Assembly: GCA_963841915.1 (NCBI GenBank) | Contig: CAWJEN010000003.1 | Span: forward strand, 209,024 to 273,023 | Reading direction: 5' to 3' | Length of the DNA: 64,000 nt | Origin: an uncultured Planctomycetota bacterium | GTDB lineage: Bacteria; Planctomycetota; Phycisphaerae; Tepidisphaerales; Tepidisphaeraceae | Shown here: positions 48,022 to 58,500 of the stretch, piece by piece | Layout of the letters: the number at the start of each line of letters is the position of its first letter | Position numbering within the stretch: the first letter of the stretch is position 1 | Translations under genes and position numbers: made by a program | The notes under the pieces: generated by a model | The model's database searches: none | Seen by the model: only the letters and a program-made list of their open reading frames with translations | What the model was told of the DNA's origin: nothing

Positions 48022-49227
48022 ATGTCAGACGCGACCACCACCATGCTCAAGACGATCGCCTCCCGCGAGGGGGCGATGCTCGATCGACTACGCGCTTGGT
48101 CGCAAATCAATAGCGGCAGCACGAACATCGAAGGCATCCGACGGCAGCGACTGGCGGTTTCCGACGTGCTCGGGCCGCTTGCCGATGAGGCAGAAGTGAT
48201 CGTGCTGCCGAACCGCACGGTGGTGGACGAGCTTGGTGAGGTTGCCCACCTACCGGTCGCAGAAGCTGCTGTGTTTCGCAAACGGACACGGGCGGCGACG
48301 CGGGTGCTGCTTTCGGGGCACCTGGACACGGTTTTTCCCGTGGACTCGCCGTTTCAGGAGGTGCGAGAAGAGGGTCAGCGGTGGATCGGCCCCGGCGTGG
48401 CCGACCTCAAGGGTGGGCTCGTCGTCATGGCAGAAGCGCTCGCCGCCTTCGAGCAGCACCCGCTGGCGTCGCGGATGGGCTGGACGGTGGTGCTGAACCC
48501 GGATGAAGAAGTCAGCTCTCCATCGAGTCGGCCTTTGCTCGAGTCTCTTGCCAAAGACCACGCCGTTGGCCTCGTATACGAGCCGGCCTTAGCCGACGGT
48601 CGCCTCGCCGGTGACCGCGGTGGCAACGGCAGCTTCCACCTTGTCATCCGCGGCAAGAGTGCCCACGTGGGTCGAGACTTCGAGTTAGGCCGCAGTGCCA
48701 TGCACGTCGCCGGTGAGGTCGTTGCGTTGCTGGCCAACCTCAACCAGGCCGATGGCGTTATCGTCAACGTCGGCAAGATCGACGGTGGCGGCCCCGTCAA
48801 TCGCGTCGCAGACCTTGCCGTCATTCGCTTTAACGTCCGCGTCAGTGACGATGAAAAGCGTCAAGCCATCGAGAGCGACTTGCGGAGACTCGCAACAGTG
48901 CTCGGACGACGCGACGGCATTACGGCCACGCTGCACGGCAGCATCTCGCACCCGCCGAAGCTCGTCGAAGGCAAGACGGCCGAGCTGTTCAAACGTGTTG
49001 CCGACTGCGGCAAACAGATCGGCCTTGACCTTTCCTGGTCGCGGACCGGTGGGGTATGCGATGGCAACGTGCTCCAGGCGGCTGGGCTGCCGACCGTCGA
49101 CACGCTCGGCGTGCGGGGCGGTGGCTTGCACACGGACGAGGAGTTTGTCGAGATCGGCTCGCTCGTCGAGCGAGTCCAACTATCGGCCTTGCTCCTGGCG
49201 TCGCTGGCTTCGGACGCGGGTGGTTGA
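48022..49227 (+). CDS. M20/M25/M40 family metallo-hydrolase (carboxypeptidase G2/desuccinylase-like)
   Basis: INSGS, GHLDTVF, GPGVADLKGG, NPDEE, YEP, AHVGR, GGVCDGN, LHT..E. Confidence 0.88.
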   Translation: MSDATTTMLKTIASREGAMLDRLRAWSQINSGSTNIEGIRRQRLAVSDVLGPLADEAEVIVLPNRTVVDELGEVAHLPVAEAAVFRKRTRAATRVLLSGHLDTVFPVDSPFQEVREEGQRWIGPGVADLKGGLVVMAEALAAFEQHPLASRMGWTVVLNPDEEVSSPSSRPLLESLAKDHAVGLVYEPALADGRLAGDRGGNGSFHLVIRGKSAHVGRDFELGRSAMHVAGEVVALLANLNQADGVIVNVGKIDGGGPVNRVADLAVIRFNVRVSDDEKRQAIESDLRRLATVLGRRDGITATLHGSISHPPKLVEGKTAELFKRVADCGKQIGLDLSWSRTGGVCDGNVLQAAGLPTVDTLGVRGGGLHTDEEFVEIGSLVERVQLSALLLASLASDAGG

Positions 49228-49279
49228 TCCGCCTGCACCTTCGGCTAGGGCTGCACGTCGCCGGTGCTAACGTGAAGCA

Positions 49280-50152
49280 ATGTTGCAGGTCGCCCGCTAC
49301 GTGCTCCCGATGGTTCTGGCCGCGTCGCCTGCGCTGGCACAGGACGTCGCCAGCGGTCCGCTGGCCGAAGTTCCCGAAAGCGTCTACGGCGAGCCGCGTC
49401 TGCAAACGCCTGGGAGCGGTTTCAACGAAGGGGCCGCCTCCATCGGCGTCGCCGCCCGGTACGCCACCGACTACATGTTTCGCGGCATCGAGCCCGTCGA
49501 ACCTGACGCACCGGAAGACGCAACGAATCTCGGCATCGAGGCCCGCCTCAGTTTCGACCTGGGGCGACTGCCCAATCCGTTCGTGCAAATCATCACCAAC
49601 ACGGCCGAGGGTGACGACATCAGCAACTTCCAGGTGATCCGCCCGGCGGTCGGCCTCATGTGGTCGCCAGAGGCATTCGACCTGACGATCGCCCACCAAA
49701 GCTTCACCTACCCCGACCGCGAGGGACTCGATACGTCTGAAGTGTTTGCTGACATTCACTTCAACGACGCGGTGCTGAGCGGCGACGTCGGCCGGGTCAT
49801 CGGGCCTTACGCGTTCGTGGCCTACGACTACGACGCCTTCGAGGGCACGTACGCCGAACTCGGCATCCGACGGGCGGCCCGGGCGGGCGATAGCTCGCTC
49901 ACGCTCGGCTACAACGCGCACGTGGCGTACGTCGATGACCTGCCGAACCTGTTCGGCGGCGACGGAACTGGCTTCCAGCACTACCAGCTCGGTGTCACGG
50001 CCCGCTACGACCTTAACACCGTGCTCAACATCAGCCGCCGGTACGGTCAATGGGCCGCCGAGGGTCAGCTGAATTACACCAGCGGCATCGACGACGACCT
50101 GCTCGCCGAAGATCAAATCTGGGGCGGCGCAGGCATCGTTTTCCGATACTGA
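49280..50152 (+). CDS. Putative outer-membrane beta-barrel (TorF/Gcw_chp-like)
   Basis: Signal peptide, 'TDYMFRGI' N-terminal motif, alternating beta-strand pattern, C-terminal aromatic (GIVFRY). Confidence 0.65.
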   Translation: MLQVARYVLPMVLAASPALAQDVASGPLAEVPESVYGEPRLQTPGSGFNEGAASIGVAARYATDYMFRGIEPVEPDAPEDATNLGIEARLSFDLGRLPNPFVQIITNTAEGDDISNFQVIRPAVGLMWSPEAFDLTIAHQSFTYPDREGLDTSEVFADIHFNDAVLSGDVGRVIGPYAFVAYDYDAFEGTYAELGIRRAARAGDSSLTLGYNAHVAYVDDLPNLFGGDGTGFQHYQLGVTARYDLNTVLNISRRYGQWAAEGQLNYTSGIDDDLLAEDQIWGGAGIVFRY

Positions 50153-50159
50153 AGCGACA

Positions 50160-51446
50160 TCACGGGAACAAGCCTTTGAGCCGGCAAGCCTCTGCCACCC
50201 GCTCGACCGCCAACGTATAGGCCGCTGTGCGGTAGTCGACCTTCTCGCGATCGGCAAACTGCTTCACCCGGTCGAAGGCTCGCTCCATGATCTTCTGGAG
50301 CTCGTCCTGCACACGCTTTTCATCCCAGAAGTAGGCGTCGAGGCCTTGAACCCACTCGAAGTACGAGACGGTCACGCCGCCCGCGTTAGCGAGAATGTCT
50401 GGCAGAATGACGACGCCCGCATCGCGCAACATGCTGTCAGCCTTCGGCGTCGTGGGACCGTTAGCACCTTCGGCAATGATGCGAGCCTTGATGTTCGGCG
50501 CGATCTTCGACGTGACCGTGTTTTCAATGGCTGCCGGGATCAGCACGTCACAGTCACAGGTGAGCACCTCGTCGTTGGTGCACGGCTCAGAATTGGGAAG
50601 ATCACTGAGTTGGCCGTTCTTCTGGTAGTAGTGAAGCGCGGCTTCGACGTCGATGCCGTTCGGGTTGTGCCTGCCGCCGTACATGTCGCTGAGGGCGACG
50701 ATGGTGCAGCCGCGTTGTGCCAGCAACCGTGCCGCTGCCGATCCGACCTGCCCGAAGCCTTGCACACTGACGCGAAGGCCGTCGAGCTTCTTACCCTCGA
50801 CTTGGTTCATGTGCCGCCGCAAAATGTTCATGACGCCGCGACCGGTCGCCTCTTCGCGACCGACACTGCCACCGACGGCGACCGGCTTGCCAGTTACGAC
50901 GCCCAGTTCCTGGTGACCGACGATGCCGCTGTAGGTGTCGAGCATCCACGCCATCGCCTGGCCGTCGGTGCCGAGGTCGGGTGCGGGAATGTCCTTCTCC
51001 GGCCCGATGACGTCGTGAATCTCGTAGGTAAATCGCCGGACAAGCGCCTCACGCTCGTGCTCCGACAGTTCCTTGGGCTCACAGATGATGCCGCCTTTAG
51101 CCCCGCCGTAAGGCAGGTTGACGAGCGCGTTCTTCCACGTCTGCAGCATCGCCAAGGCCATGACTTCGTCACGAGCCACTTGCCGGCTCATACGCAAGCC
51201 GCCCTTGTACGGGCCGAGCACGTTGCTGTGTTGAACACGGAACCCGGTAAAAACCTGTATCTCGCCGCTGTCCATGCGGACCGGGCAACTGACGGTCGTG
51301 ATGCGATTTGGACTGCTCAGCACCTGCCGCCACTCCTCATCGAGGTGCATGCGTGAGTAGACGCGATCGAAGTAAAGGTGCGCGTTCTTCCAGAAGGCTG
51401 TGTGCTTCTCGTCGGCCGGTCGCAGGAGGTTGGTGTTTCGGCGCAT
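50160..51446 (-). CDS. gdhA: Glu/Leu/Phe/Val dehydrogenase (glutamate dehydrogenase)
   Basis: GPYKGGLR, GGAKGG, DIPAPD, VTGKP..GGS.GR.EATGRG, QGFGQVG, EGANGP, ANAGGVTVSYFEW. Confidence 0.93.
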   Translation of the reverse strand: MRRNTNLLRPADEKHTAFWKNAHLYFDRVYSRMHLDEEWRQVLSSPNRITTVSCPVRMDSGEIQVFTGFRVQHSNVLGPYKGGLRMSRQVARDEVMALAMLQTWKNALVNLPYGGAKGGIICEPKELSEHEREALVRRFTYEIHDVIGPEKDIPAPDLGTDGQAMAWMLDTYSGIVGHQELGVVTGKPVAVGGSVGREEATGRGVMNILRRHMNQVEGKKLDGLRVSVQGFGQVGSAAARLLAQRGCTIVALSDMYGGRHNPNGIDVEAALHYYQKNGQLSDLPNSEPCTNDEVLTCDCDVLIPAAIENTVTSKIAPNIKARIIAEGANGPTTPKADSMLRDAGVVILPDILANAGGVTVSYFEWVQGLDAYFWDEKRVQDELQKIMERAFDRVKQFADREKVDYRTAAYTLAVERVAEACRLKGLFP

Positions 51447-51514
51447 CGGGACGGCCTTTGTACCACGACACCAAGGATTGTGCAGCGGACGACACGCTGG
51501 CGGAATCGTGCCCG

Positions 51515-53602
51515 CTACCGTTGCTGGCGACGAATCGTCATGTCGAAGTTTTTCACCATCGACTTGTAAAGCGTCCACACGCCTGCCGCGTACGCGCCGC
51601 AGGCGACGAGGCCGAAGAAGAAGAGCGTGAAGCGGGCCTGCTGAATACCATCGCTGGCTTGTTCGGAAAACACCTCGCCGCCCCACATGATCGGGTCGAT
51701 GAGGATCATGACCACCGCGAGCGGGCTGAAGCCGGCAATTGCCAAACCGACAACGCCGCCGCTCGTGGCAATCTGTATTCCGCACCAGCCCAGCATCGCG
51801 AACAGGCCTAACACGACGGCCAGCGACGCCATGACGCTTTTGACCGTCGTGCCCGTCCGCAGCGACAAGTTCATGCCGACGATGCTCGCGAAAGCCGTCA
51901 CAACGATGAGCAGCAAGGGAATCAGAACGAGCGACTCCGGCAGAACGAGCCACGGACCACTTCCGCGAAAGAAGTCGACGAGCACAAAAACTAGACAGCT
52001 CGCCACCGGCACCACGATCAACGGCAGCGTAAAACTCACCAGGCCACGCAGCTTGCCCCAGATGTAGTAACGACTCGTGATTGGCGTGCTCAGGAGCAGG
52101 TCGAGCGTGCCGTCCTCTCGCTCGCGCGTCACCGTGCTGGCGGCGGCGTTGGTGACGATGAGCAAGATCGTCGCCACCTCGAGAAACACGAGACCAAGCA
52201 GCACGTCACGGGCTCGGGCGGCAGACAGTTTGGTCGGTACGTCTTTCAGCGAGAGCGTCGTGATAGTTTGCCGACCGTTGACGATCGATGCCGCTGCTGA
52301 CGGGTTGCCGACGATCTGCAGCTTTCGGTCAATCGCAGACACGAGGACCGGCTCCTCATTGAGAATAAAGGAGGAGGCCGGGCCGATGGTGAAGGTCTCG
52401 TTGTCTTCACCCTGGATGAAGATGGTGTTGCTCACCTGATCGATGCCGCTCGGCATGACGAAGTTTCGAGGAGATTCGGCTTCCGTCGAGTAGAGCCAAG
52501 CGGCAACGACGGCAGCACCCAGACCAAGCCCGATGAAGGCGTACCTCAAGATGCCGGCCCGGGCAGCACTGGCCTTGGTCTTGGCCTCACGCCAAGCAAT
52601 CGGGTTGCTCCAGACCGTCCGAGGCGGCCTGTTGCCCGGCGGGCGGACACCCGGCAGAAACGCGAGCTTCTGCGCCAGCCAGCCGTTGAACGTCAGCGAC
52701 GACTGGGCCATCCGCCGAAGCAACAGCACGCTCGGCACAATCAGGACGAGCGACATCACAGTGCCCGCCACAAGGAAAAAGCTCGCCGGATTCGTTAAAT
52801 ACCACGACACAGGCCAATAGCGGAGCCCCGGCGCGAGATCGGATACCGTCGGCGGTGCGTAGCCGACCGGGTCGAGCACGCTGCGTAGGGCAAGAAACGG
52901 GTGCAATCCGCTAAGCCAGGACGTCTGCGCCTCGGCCGTGAATGTGCCGGCGACAGGGTCAAGCACCGTCGGCCGGAGTTGAGTGATCCCGGCGTCCAGC
53001 AGGTAGCCACCCAGAAGGTAGATGACGATCAGCATGTAGAAGCTGAAGATCGTCCGCCGAGTGCCGACTTTGAAGGTGGCGATAGCCACGGCGACGGCAC
53101 CGACGAGCAGTGCCGTCACACCCGCAATACTGGCAGACAAGAGGATGTCACCGATGGACACGCCGCCGAAGATTTGCGTGATGCCGAAGACAGGGATGCC
53201 GCTGAGCAGCAACGCCAGGACAAAAAACAGGCGACTCAGCAGCGTTCCGAGCACGATCTGACCGTTCGTCAGCGGCGTGCTGAGCAGAATGTCGTAGGTC
53301 TGCGAGTCCTTCTCTTGCGTGATTGCACCGGCAGTGAAAATCGGGGCCAGCAGGGCGACCAGCGCCAGCTGCAGGTAGCTCATGCCGACGAAAAGCTCAG
53401 TGCTCGTGCGCGTGAGTTGGTCGAGGTCACCGCCGCCGATGTCGGTGCCGACAAGCGTGACGAGGACGACGGCGATGAGCAGACCGAGGTACGCGCAGCG
53501 GACGGCAAGGTCCTTTTTCCGCTTTCCCCCGACGCCGACGACGCGCAGCAGAATCGGGTTCGCCGGAATCAGTCGCCAGAGGTACGCCGGGAGGCCGAGC
53601 AT
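51515..53602 (-). CDS. ABC-2 type transporter permease (duplicated, planctomycete type)
   Basis: AGAITQEKDSQTYDILLSTPLT..IVLG.L and STVTREREDGTLDLLLSTPIT..YIWGKL; NPIAWRE. Confidence 0.82.
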   Translation of the reverse strand: MLGLPAYLWRLIPANPILLRVVGVGGKRKKDLAVRCAYLGLLIAVVLVTLVGTDIGGGDLDQLTRTSTELFVGMSYLQLALVALLAPIFTAGAITQEKDSQTYDILLSTPLTNGQIVLGTLLSRLFFVLALLLSGIPVFGITQIFGGVSIGDILLSASIAGVTALLVGAVAVAIATFKVGTRRTIFSFYMLIVIYLLGGYLLDAGITQLRPTVLDPVAGTFTAEAQTSWLSGLHPFLALRSVLDPVGYAPPTVSDLAPGLRYWPVSWYLTNPASFFLVAGTVMSLVLIVPSVLLLRRMAQSSLTFNGWLAQKLAFLPGVRPPGNRPPRTVWSNPIAWREAKTKASAARAGILRYAFIGLGLGAAVVAAWLYSTEAESPRNFVMPSGIDQVSNTIFIQGEDNETFTIGPASSFILNEEPVLVSAIDRKLQIVGNPSAAASIVNGRQTITTLSLKDVPTKLSAARARDVLLGLVFLEVATILLIVTNAAASTVTREREDGTLDLLLSTPITSRYYIWGKLRGLVSFTLPLIVVPVASCLVFVLVDFFRGSGPWLVLPESLVLIPLLLIVVTAFASIVGMNLSLRTGTTVKSVMASLAVVLGLFAMLGWCGIQIATSGGVVGLAIAGFSPLAVVMILIDPIMWGGEVFSEQASDGIQQARFTLFFFGLVACGAYAAGVWTLYKSMVKNFDMTIRRQQR

Positions 53603-53719
53603 CGCCGGCGATCATCGGCCGCGGCATGCCAGATCGCAAGCTGGTCGATGCCAGTGCGACGCGAGCCTGCTGCGCTGCCACATGGATCGTGCGGTTGAAG
53701 CGGTCACGGCTTACTGTTC

Positions 53720-54682
53720 ATGCTCGTGCTGTCGTCCCTGCTTCATGCTCCTGCGAACATCGTCCCGACCGCGTTCGATCCGCGACTGACGGCGACGCTG
53801 CTGCTTGGCGGGGCGGCGGTGACGTTCTACGTCGCTGCCCGTGCGACGGCAGACGCGTCGACTGACCGTCAGCGTGGCCTCGTGCTCGCGGGCGTCGTGC
53901 CGGTGGCCGTGGCTGCCACCGCCGCAGCAAGCCTCGGGTTGGTCGAGGTCGCGATGTCGCTCGTGATGGCAACGGCTGTTGCTCTCGTCACGATCGTGCT
54001 TGGCATGGCGCTGCTTACACGGCCTGCCGCCGACATCGAGGCCCAGCGAGCCTCGCCAGGCGGAGCATTCACGCTGCTGCCGACTGGCATCGTCGTCCTG
54101 CTCGCCGGCAACGGCGGACGGTTTGGCGTGATCGAAGTCGGATTGCTCGTAGTCGTCGCCGGCGGATTGCTCTGGACGCAGCTTCCGGCGTGGCAACCAA
54201 AGCACGTGGTGCCGGTCAAGATCGTGCAGGCCGTTCTCGCCGTCGGCCTCGTGTTGCTCGGCGGATGGCTCGCCCGACTGGGTGCCGCGGCTCTGGGTGC
54301 TGGTGTCGGACGCGACCTCGGCGGGATCGATGCGACCATGCTGGCCGGTCCGATGCTGGCGCTACCGATGATCGGGCTGGCCGTTCCGCTCGGTGCTGCC
54401 GGTCGCCATGCGGCAGTGACGGCATCGCTCTGCTCGGCGGCGACGCTTGTCGCGGGCGTCGTCTTGCCGGTGGTAGCACTCATCGCGCTGGTGCTGAATC
54501 AGGGCGAGGCCGTCGCCGTCGCACCTCGCCTGTTCCGCGTCGACGCGGCCGTGTTGGCGGTGGTTGGTTTGCTTGTTTTACCCTTTGCAGCGGGTCGCTG
54601 GCGTCCCGGGGCCGGTGAGGGCATCGGGCTGTTGCTCTTGTATACCGCCTATCTCATTGTCAATGTCGCAGCCGCCCGATAA
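53720..54682 (+). CDS. Polytopic membrane protein, Na+/Ca2+ exchanger-like (degenerate)
   Basis: About 10 TM in two repeats, ending 'GEGIGLLLLYTAY'; alpha-repeat motifs not recognisable. Confidence 0.5.
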   Translation: MLVLSSLLHAPANIVPTAFDPRLTATLLLGGAAVTFYVAARATADASTDRQRGLVLAGVVPVAVAATAAASLGLVEVAMSLVMATAVALVTIVLGMALLTRPAADIEAQRASPGGAFTLLPTGIVVLLAGNGGRFGVIEVGLLVVVAGGLLWTQLPAWQPKHVVPVKIVQAVLAVGLVLLGGWLARLGAAALGAGVGRDLGGIDATMLAGPMLALPMIGLAVPLGAAGRHAAVTASLCSAATLVAGVVLPVVALIALVLNQGEAVAVAPRLFRVDAAVLAVVGLLVLPFAAGRWRPGAGEGIGLLLLYTAYLIVNVAAAR

Positions 54683-54689
54683 AGCCATC

Positions 54690-55568
54690 ATGGCCGACCC
54701 GCAGATCGTTCGCACTTCCGCCGAGACGCCGTTGGTCGACGTCATGGAGGGTGACTCCCGTCGCGAAATCAAGGTCGGTGAGTACGGCCTGGTCGCACTC
54801 GTCGATGCCATGCCGCGGCTTGTTCCCGAGGGCCAGACGGCCGACTTTGCCATTGTCCAGGCGGCACGCGTCAGTTACGGCGACGGCACGAAGAAGGTCA
54901 ACGAAGACCGCGGCCTGATCCGCTACCTCATGCGGCACTGGCACTCGACGCCGTTCGAGATGGTCGAGCTCAAGTTCCATTGCGTGATGCCGATCTTCGT
55001 TGCCAGACAGTGGGTGCGGCACCGCACGGCCAACATTAACGAGTACAGCGCCCGCTACAGCGTTGTGCCCGAGCGGTTCTACAAGCCGACACGCGAGGAT
55101 CTTCGGAGCCAGAGCACAACCAACCGGCAAGGCCGCGGAGACGCCCTCGATGATGCAACGGCTGACGGGTTTTTGTCCTACCTCGGCGACGTCGAGCACA
55201 CCGCCTACGGCAAGTACGAAGAGCACCTTCAAGCAGGCATCGCCCGTGAGACCGCGCGTATGGCTTTACCGCAGAATGTCTTCACGGAGTGGTACTGGAA
55301 ATGCGACCTGCACAACGTGTTTCGCTTCCTTCGCCTGCGGCTTGACGCTCACGCACAGAAGGAGATTCGCGACTACGCCCAGGCGATGTACAACCTGCTT
55401 CGCCCGATCTTCCCGGTGGCCTGCGAAGCCTTCGAGGACTATCAGCTCGGCGGTGTGCAGCTGACACGTCTGGAGCTCGAGTCGCTGAAGGCAGGCAAGC
55501 CGCTGGCCAGCGACAACAAGCGGGAGAACGCCGAGTGGGAAGCGAAGCGTGCGTCGATGGGGTTGTAA
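54690..55568 (+). CDS. thyX: FAD-dependent thymidylate synthase
   Basis: AARVSY, H.TPFE, PIFVARQWVRHRTANINEYSARY, ARETARMALP, LRLD.HAQ.EIR. Confidence 0.96.
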   Translation: MADPQIVRTSAETPLVDVMEGDSRREIKVGEYGLVALVDAMPRLVPEGQTADFAIVQAARVSYGDGTKKVNEDRGLIRYLMRHWHSTPFEMVELKFHCVMPIFVARQWVRHRTANINEYSARYSVVPERFYKPTREDLRSQSTTNRQGRGDALDDATADGFLSYLGDVEHTAYGKYEEHLQAGIARETARMALPQNVFTEWYWKCDLHNVFRFLRLRLDAHAQKEIRDYAQAMYNLLRPIFPVACEAFEDYQLGGVQLTRLELESLKAGKPLASDNKRENAEWEAKRASMGL

Positions 55569-55577
55569 GAGGAACCA

Positions 55578-58500
55578 TCAGGCCAGGGTGCTTGGCCGAC
55601 GAAGCACGAGATACAGGCACAACAAGCCGATTGCGAAGATGCCAAGTAACGCGTACAGCGTCCGCTCCATCCGCTTGTCTTCTGCCGTCTGCACCTCAAT
55701 CGAGCTGGCGGTCGGGGGCAACGCGTAGACGAGCGAGCTTCGCACGACCTGATCGACGGTCGCCTGCGACTTGAGCTCTGTGGTACGCGCGTCGAGTGCG
55801 TCTCGCCGTTCGACGAGGCGGGCGATATCGCTGCGAAGGCGAAGATCGGCTGCGAGTCGATCTTCGACCGTGGCCAGCTGCAAGCGCAAGTCATCCGCCC
55901 GACGGCCGAGCCGTTCGGCACCGGCAAGGGCCGACGCGGAAGCGCGGCGAAGATCCTGCATTGCCCGCTGCCGCTCGCCTTCGAGTTCGGCTTCGCGAAG
56001 CTCGATCTGACGCTGCAGCTCAGCCTCGACGGACGGCGAAAGCTCGTCTTCGCGCTGCTCAACCCGCGCCCGCAACGCCAGTAGAACCTCGTCCGGACGA
56101 CCGTCGGGGCCGGCGTCGTCGGAGACATCCTGCAAGGCCGCGACATCGGCGCGGGCACGAGCGGCCTTCGCCTCCATGCTGCCGCGCTCGGTCTCGGTTT
56201 CGCGAATCTGCGTCCGCAGCATGACCGGGTCGCCCGCAATGACGTCGGCCGACTGTTGGCGTTGCTGACTACGAAGTTCCGCCAGATCTGCCTCGACCTG
56301 CGCGACTTCTGCCTGTTTGCGGCCAAGTTCGTCAGCACGCGCTCGAGAGCGTTCATCGAGCTGAGTCGCTTCGGCCCGCTTGTCAGAATCTGCGGCAGCT
56401 ATTGCCATGCCGAGTGCGTGCAGACGCAATCGCGCAGCTGCCGGATCCGTCGAGTCGCGACTCAGCACGAGCGCGTTGTCTTGGACATCCGGATAGACGT
56501 CATCGATGTCGAAGCTCAGCAGCCAACCCGGCTCAAACCCCGGCGTGCGACGCTGCAGGATCGAAACAGCCTCGCGGCGGATGTCGCCGTCGCTCGCCCG
56601 TGTCACGAGCGCGCCCTGCTCACGTGCAAGAGACGACGCCGGCAGATTGGCAGGCGTCTCAATGGGCAGAACCAGCTTCACCGTCGACAGCGGGGCCGAC
56701 AGCCTTTGTATGGCTACCACCGTGACTGCCATAGCGACGAGCATCATCGCCAGCACCGCTGCAGCGCGACTACCTCTGGACATCCGAGACCAGAAACCGC
56801 CCTTCGGGGTGTTCAGCGAGAGGTCTTCGGCAGAACGCATCTGCGGCCGCGGTGGTGTGCTCGGTCGACGACGCGGTGCGGGTCGGCTGACGCTCGCGTC
56901 AGCTTTGCCATTGGCTTGAGCCTGGTATGACGTGAAATCGAAGTCCGAGGGTGCTGCTTCGTCGCGTGCGTCAGCATCAGTCGCTGGGGCGGCGACGCCT
57001 TCCCGGACGGTTCTTAGGAAGCCACCTGCTTCTTCAACGGTAACGAGTGGCTCGACGGCGACCGCTGCAGGCTCGGCGGTGACATCGACCTCGGCCTCGG
57101 GCTCGGGCGGCTCGACATCGATCGGCGGGGCGGCCTCGACGGGAGAGGCGACAAAGCCGGTGAGGCCGCTCGTCTCAGGAATGACGAACGACGGGTCGAG
57201 CACGTCGCTGCCGATCGCGCTGTCCTGGCGAGCGGTTGCGTCCTGCTCGAGAAAGCTGACAGAACTGAATGGCCCGGTAACGGCTGACTCAATCTCGTCG
57301 AGGTCAATCGCGCCGGCACCCGATGCAGTAAATCCGACGCGGGCGGGTCGATCCGGCACGATCGTCGGCCGAGCGTCGGGGGCAATGTCAAGTTCGTCGA
57401 TAATCTCAGGCGTCGGCGAGAAAAAGGCGTCGACCGGCTGTTCGTTAGCAGCTTCATCGGGAGCCGCCTCGACGGGCTCGACTGGCGAAGCGTCGAGAGA
57501 CATTTCGGATTGCACGGCCGCCGGTGCGTCGGCAGGTGCTAACTCCTCGACAGGCAGTTCCTCCTCGGCAGGCGGCGACGTGTTCACCAAGGGTGGCGGC
57601 GCTTCGGCTAACGGTGGTGCCTTGCCGAAACTGCCGAAGTGGGCAGCAACGCGACCGGCGCGACCGGCCTCCCAATCCGCCTGCCAATGCGTCGGCGGTA
57701 CGACCGGCGTCTGCGGCTCCGTGACCCGCGGCGTCTCAGCGGCGATCGGCAGCGGCGCGTCAGCGACGGTTTCGGTCTCCAAAGCAGGCTCTGACACCGT
57801 CGGCTCGGCCGGGGCGGTATGGAGCGACTCCAGCGTCTCATCACCCGGCACGACGGCGGCGGGCAGCTTGACCGACGCAGGCACCGGCTGATCCGGCCTC
57901 CGACGGCGGTTGCCTTTGCTGCGACGCGGTGCCGACTCCGCTTCGACAGCAGACGGTGCTCGCTCGACAGCAGGCTTAGGCGCGACTGAAGACTCGGGCG
58001 TTCCGGAAACCGAATCCGCAATCTCCTCCTGATCCGAAGCGGGTTCGACAAAATCGAGGTCCGACAGGTCGAGCGTCGGCGGCTCTTCCTCAATCTCGTC
58101 TGGTGCATCCTCGAAGGCAATCGGGCCCTCAATCGGCTCGGGCTCCGCGACCAAGACAACAGGTTCGTCAACCAATTCAACAGGTTCGTCTTCTTCGGCG
58201 GCGGGTTCTAGTGATTCTTCGACGGCTTCCAACGCCTGCTCAGGCTCGGCCGAGTCTTCGTCCGTCCCGACGGCCTCGCCTACATCAGACGCCAGCTCGA
58301 GCAGCTCGTCGTCGGCTTGATCAGGGAGTGCAGGCGGCTCTACCTCAAGAATCGCAACCGAAGTGTCTTCGACAACCTCACTCGGCTTGTCGACTTCCTC
58401 GACCTCATCCTCAACGACCGCCTCGATCAAAACATCATTCTCCTCTTCTGCGTCCTGCACCTGCTCGACCTCGGCCGCGGCTTTGACGATGTCCTCGAGC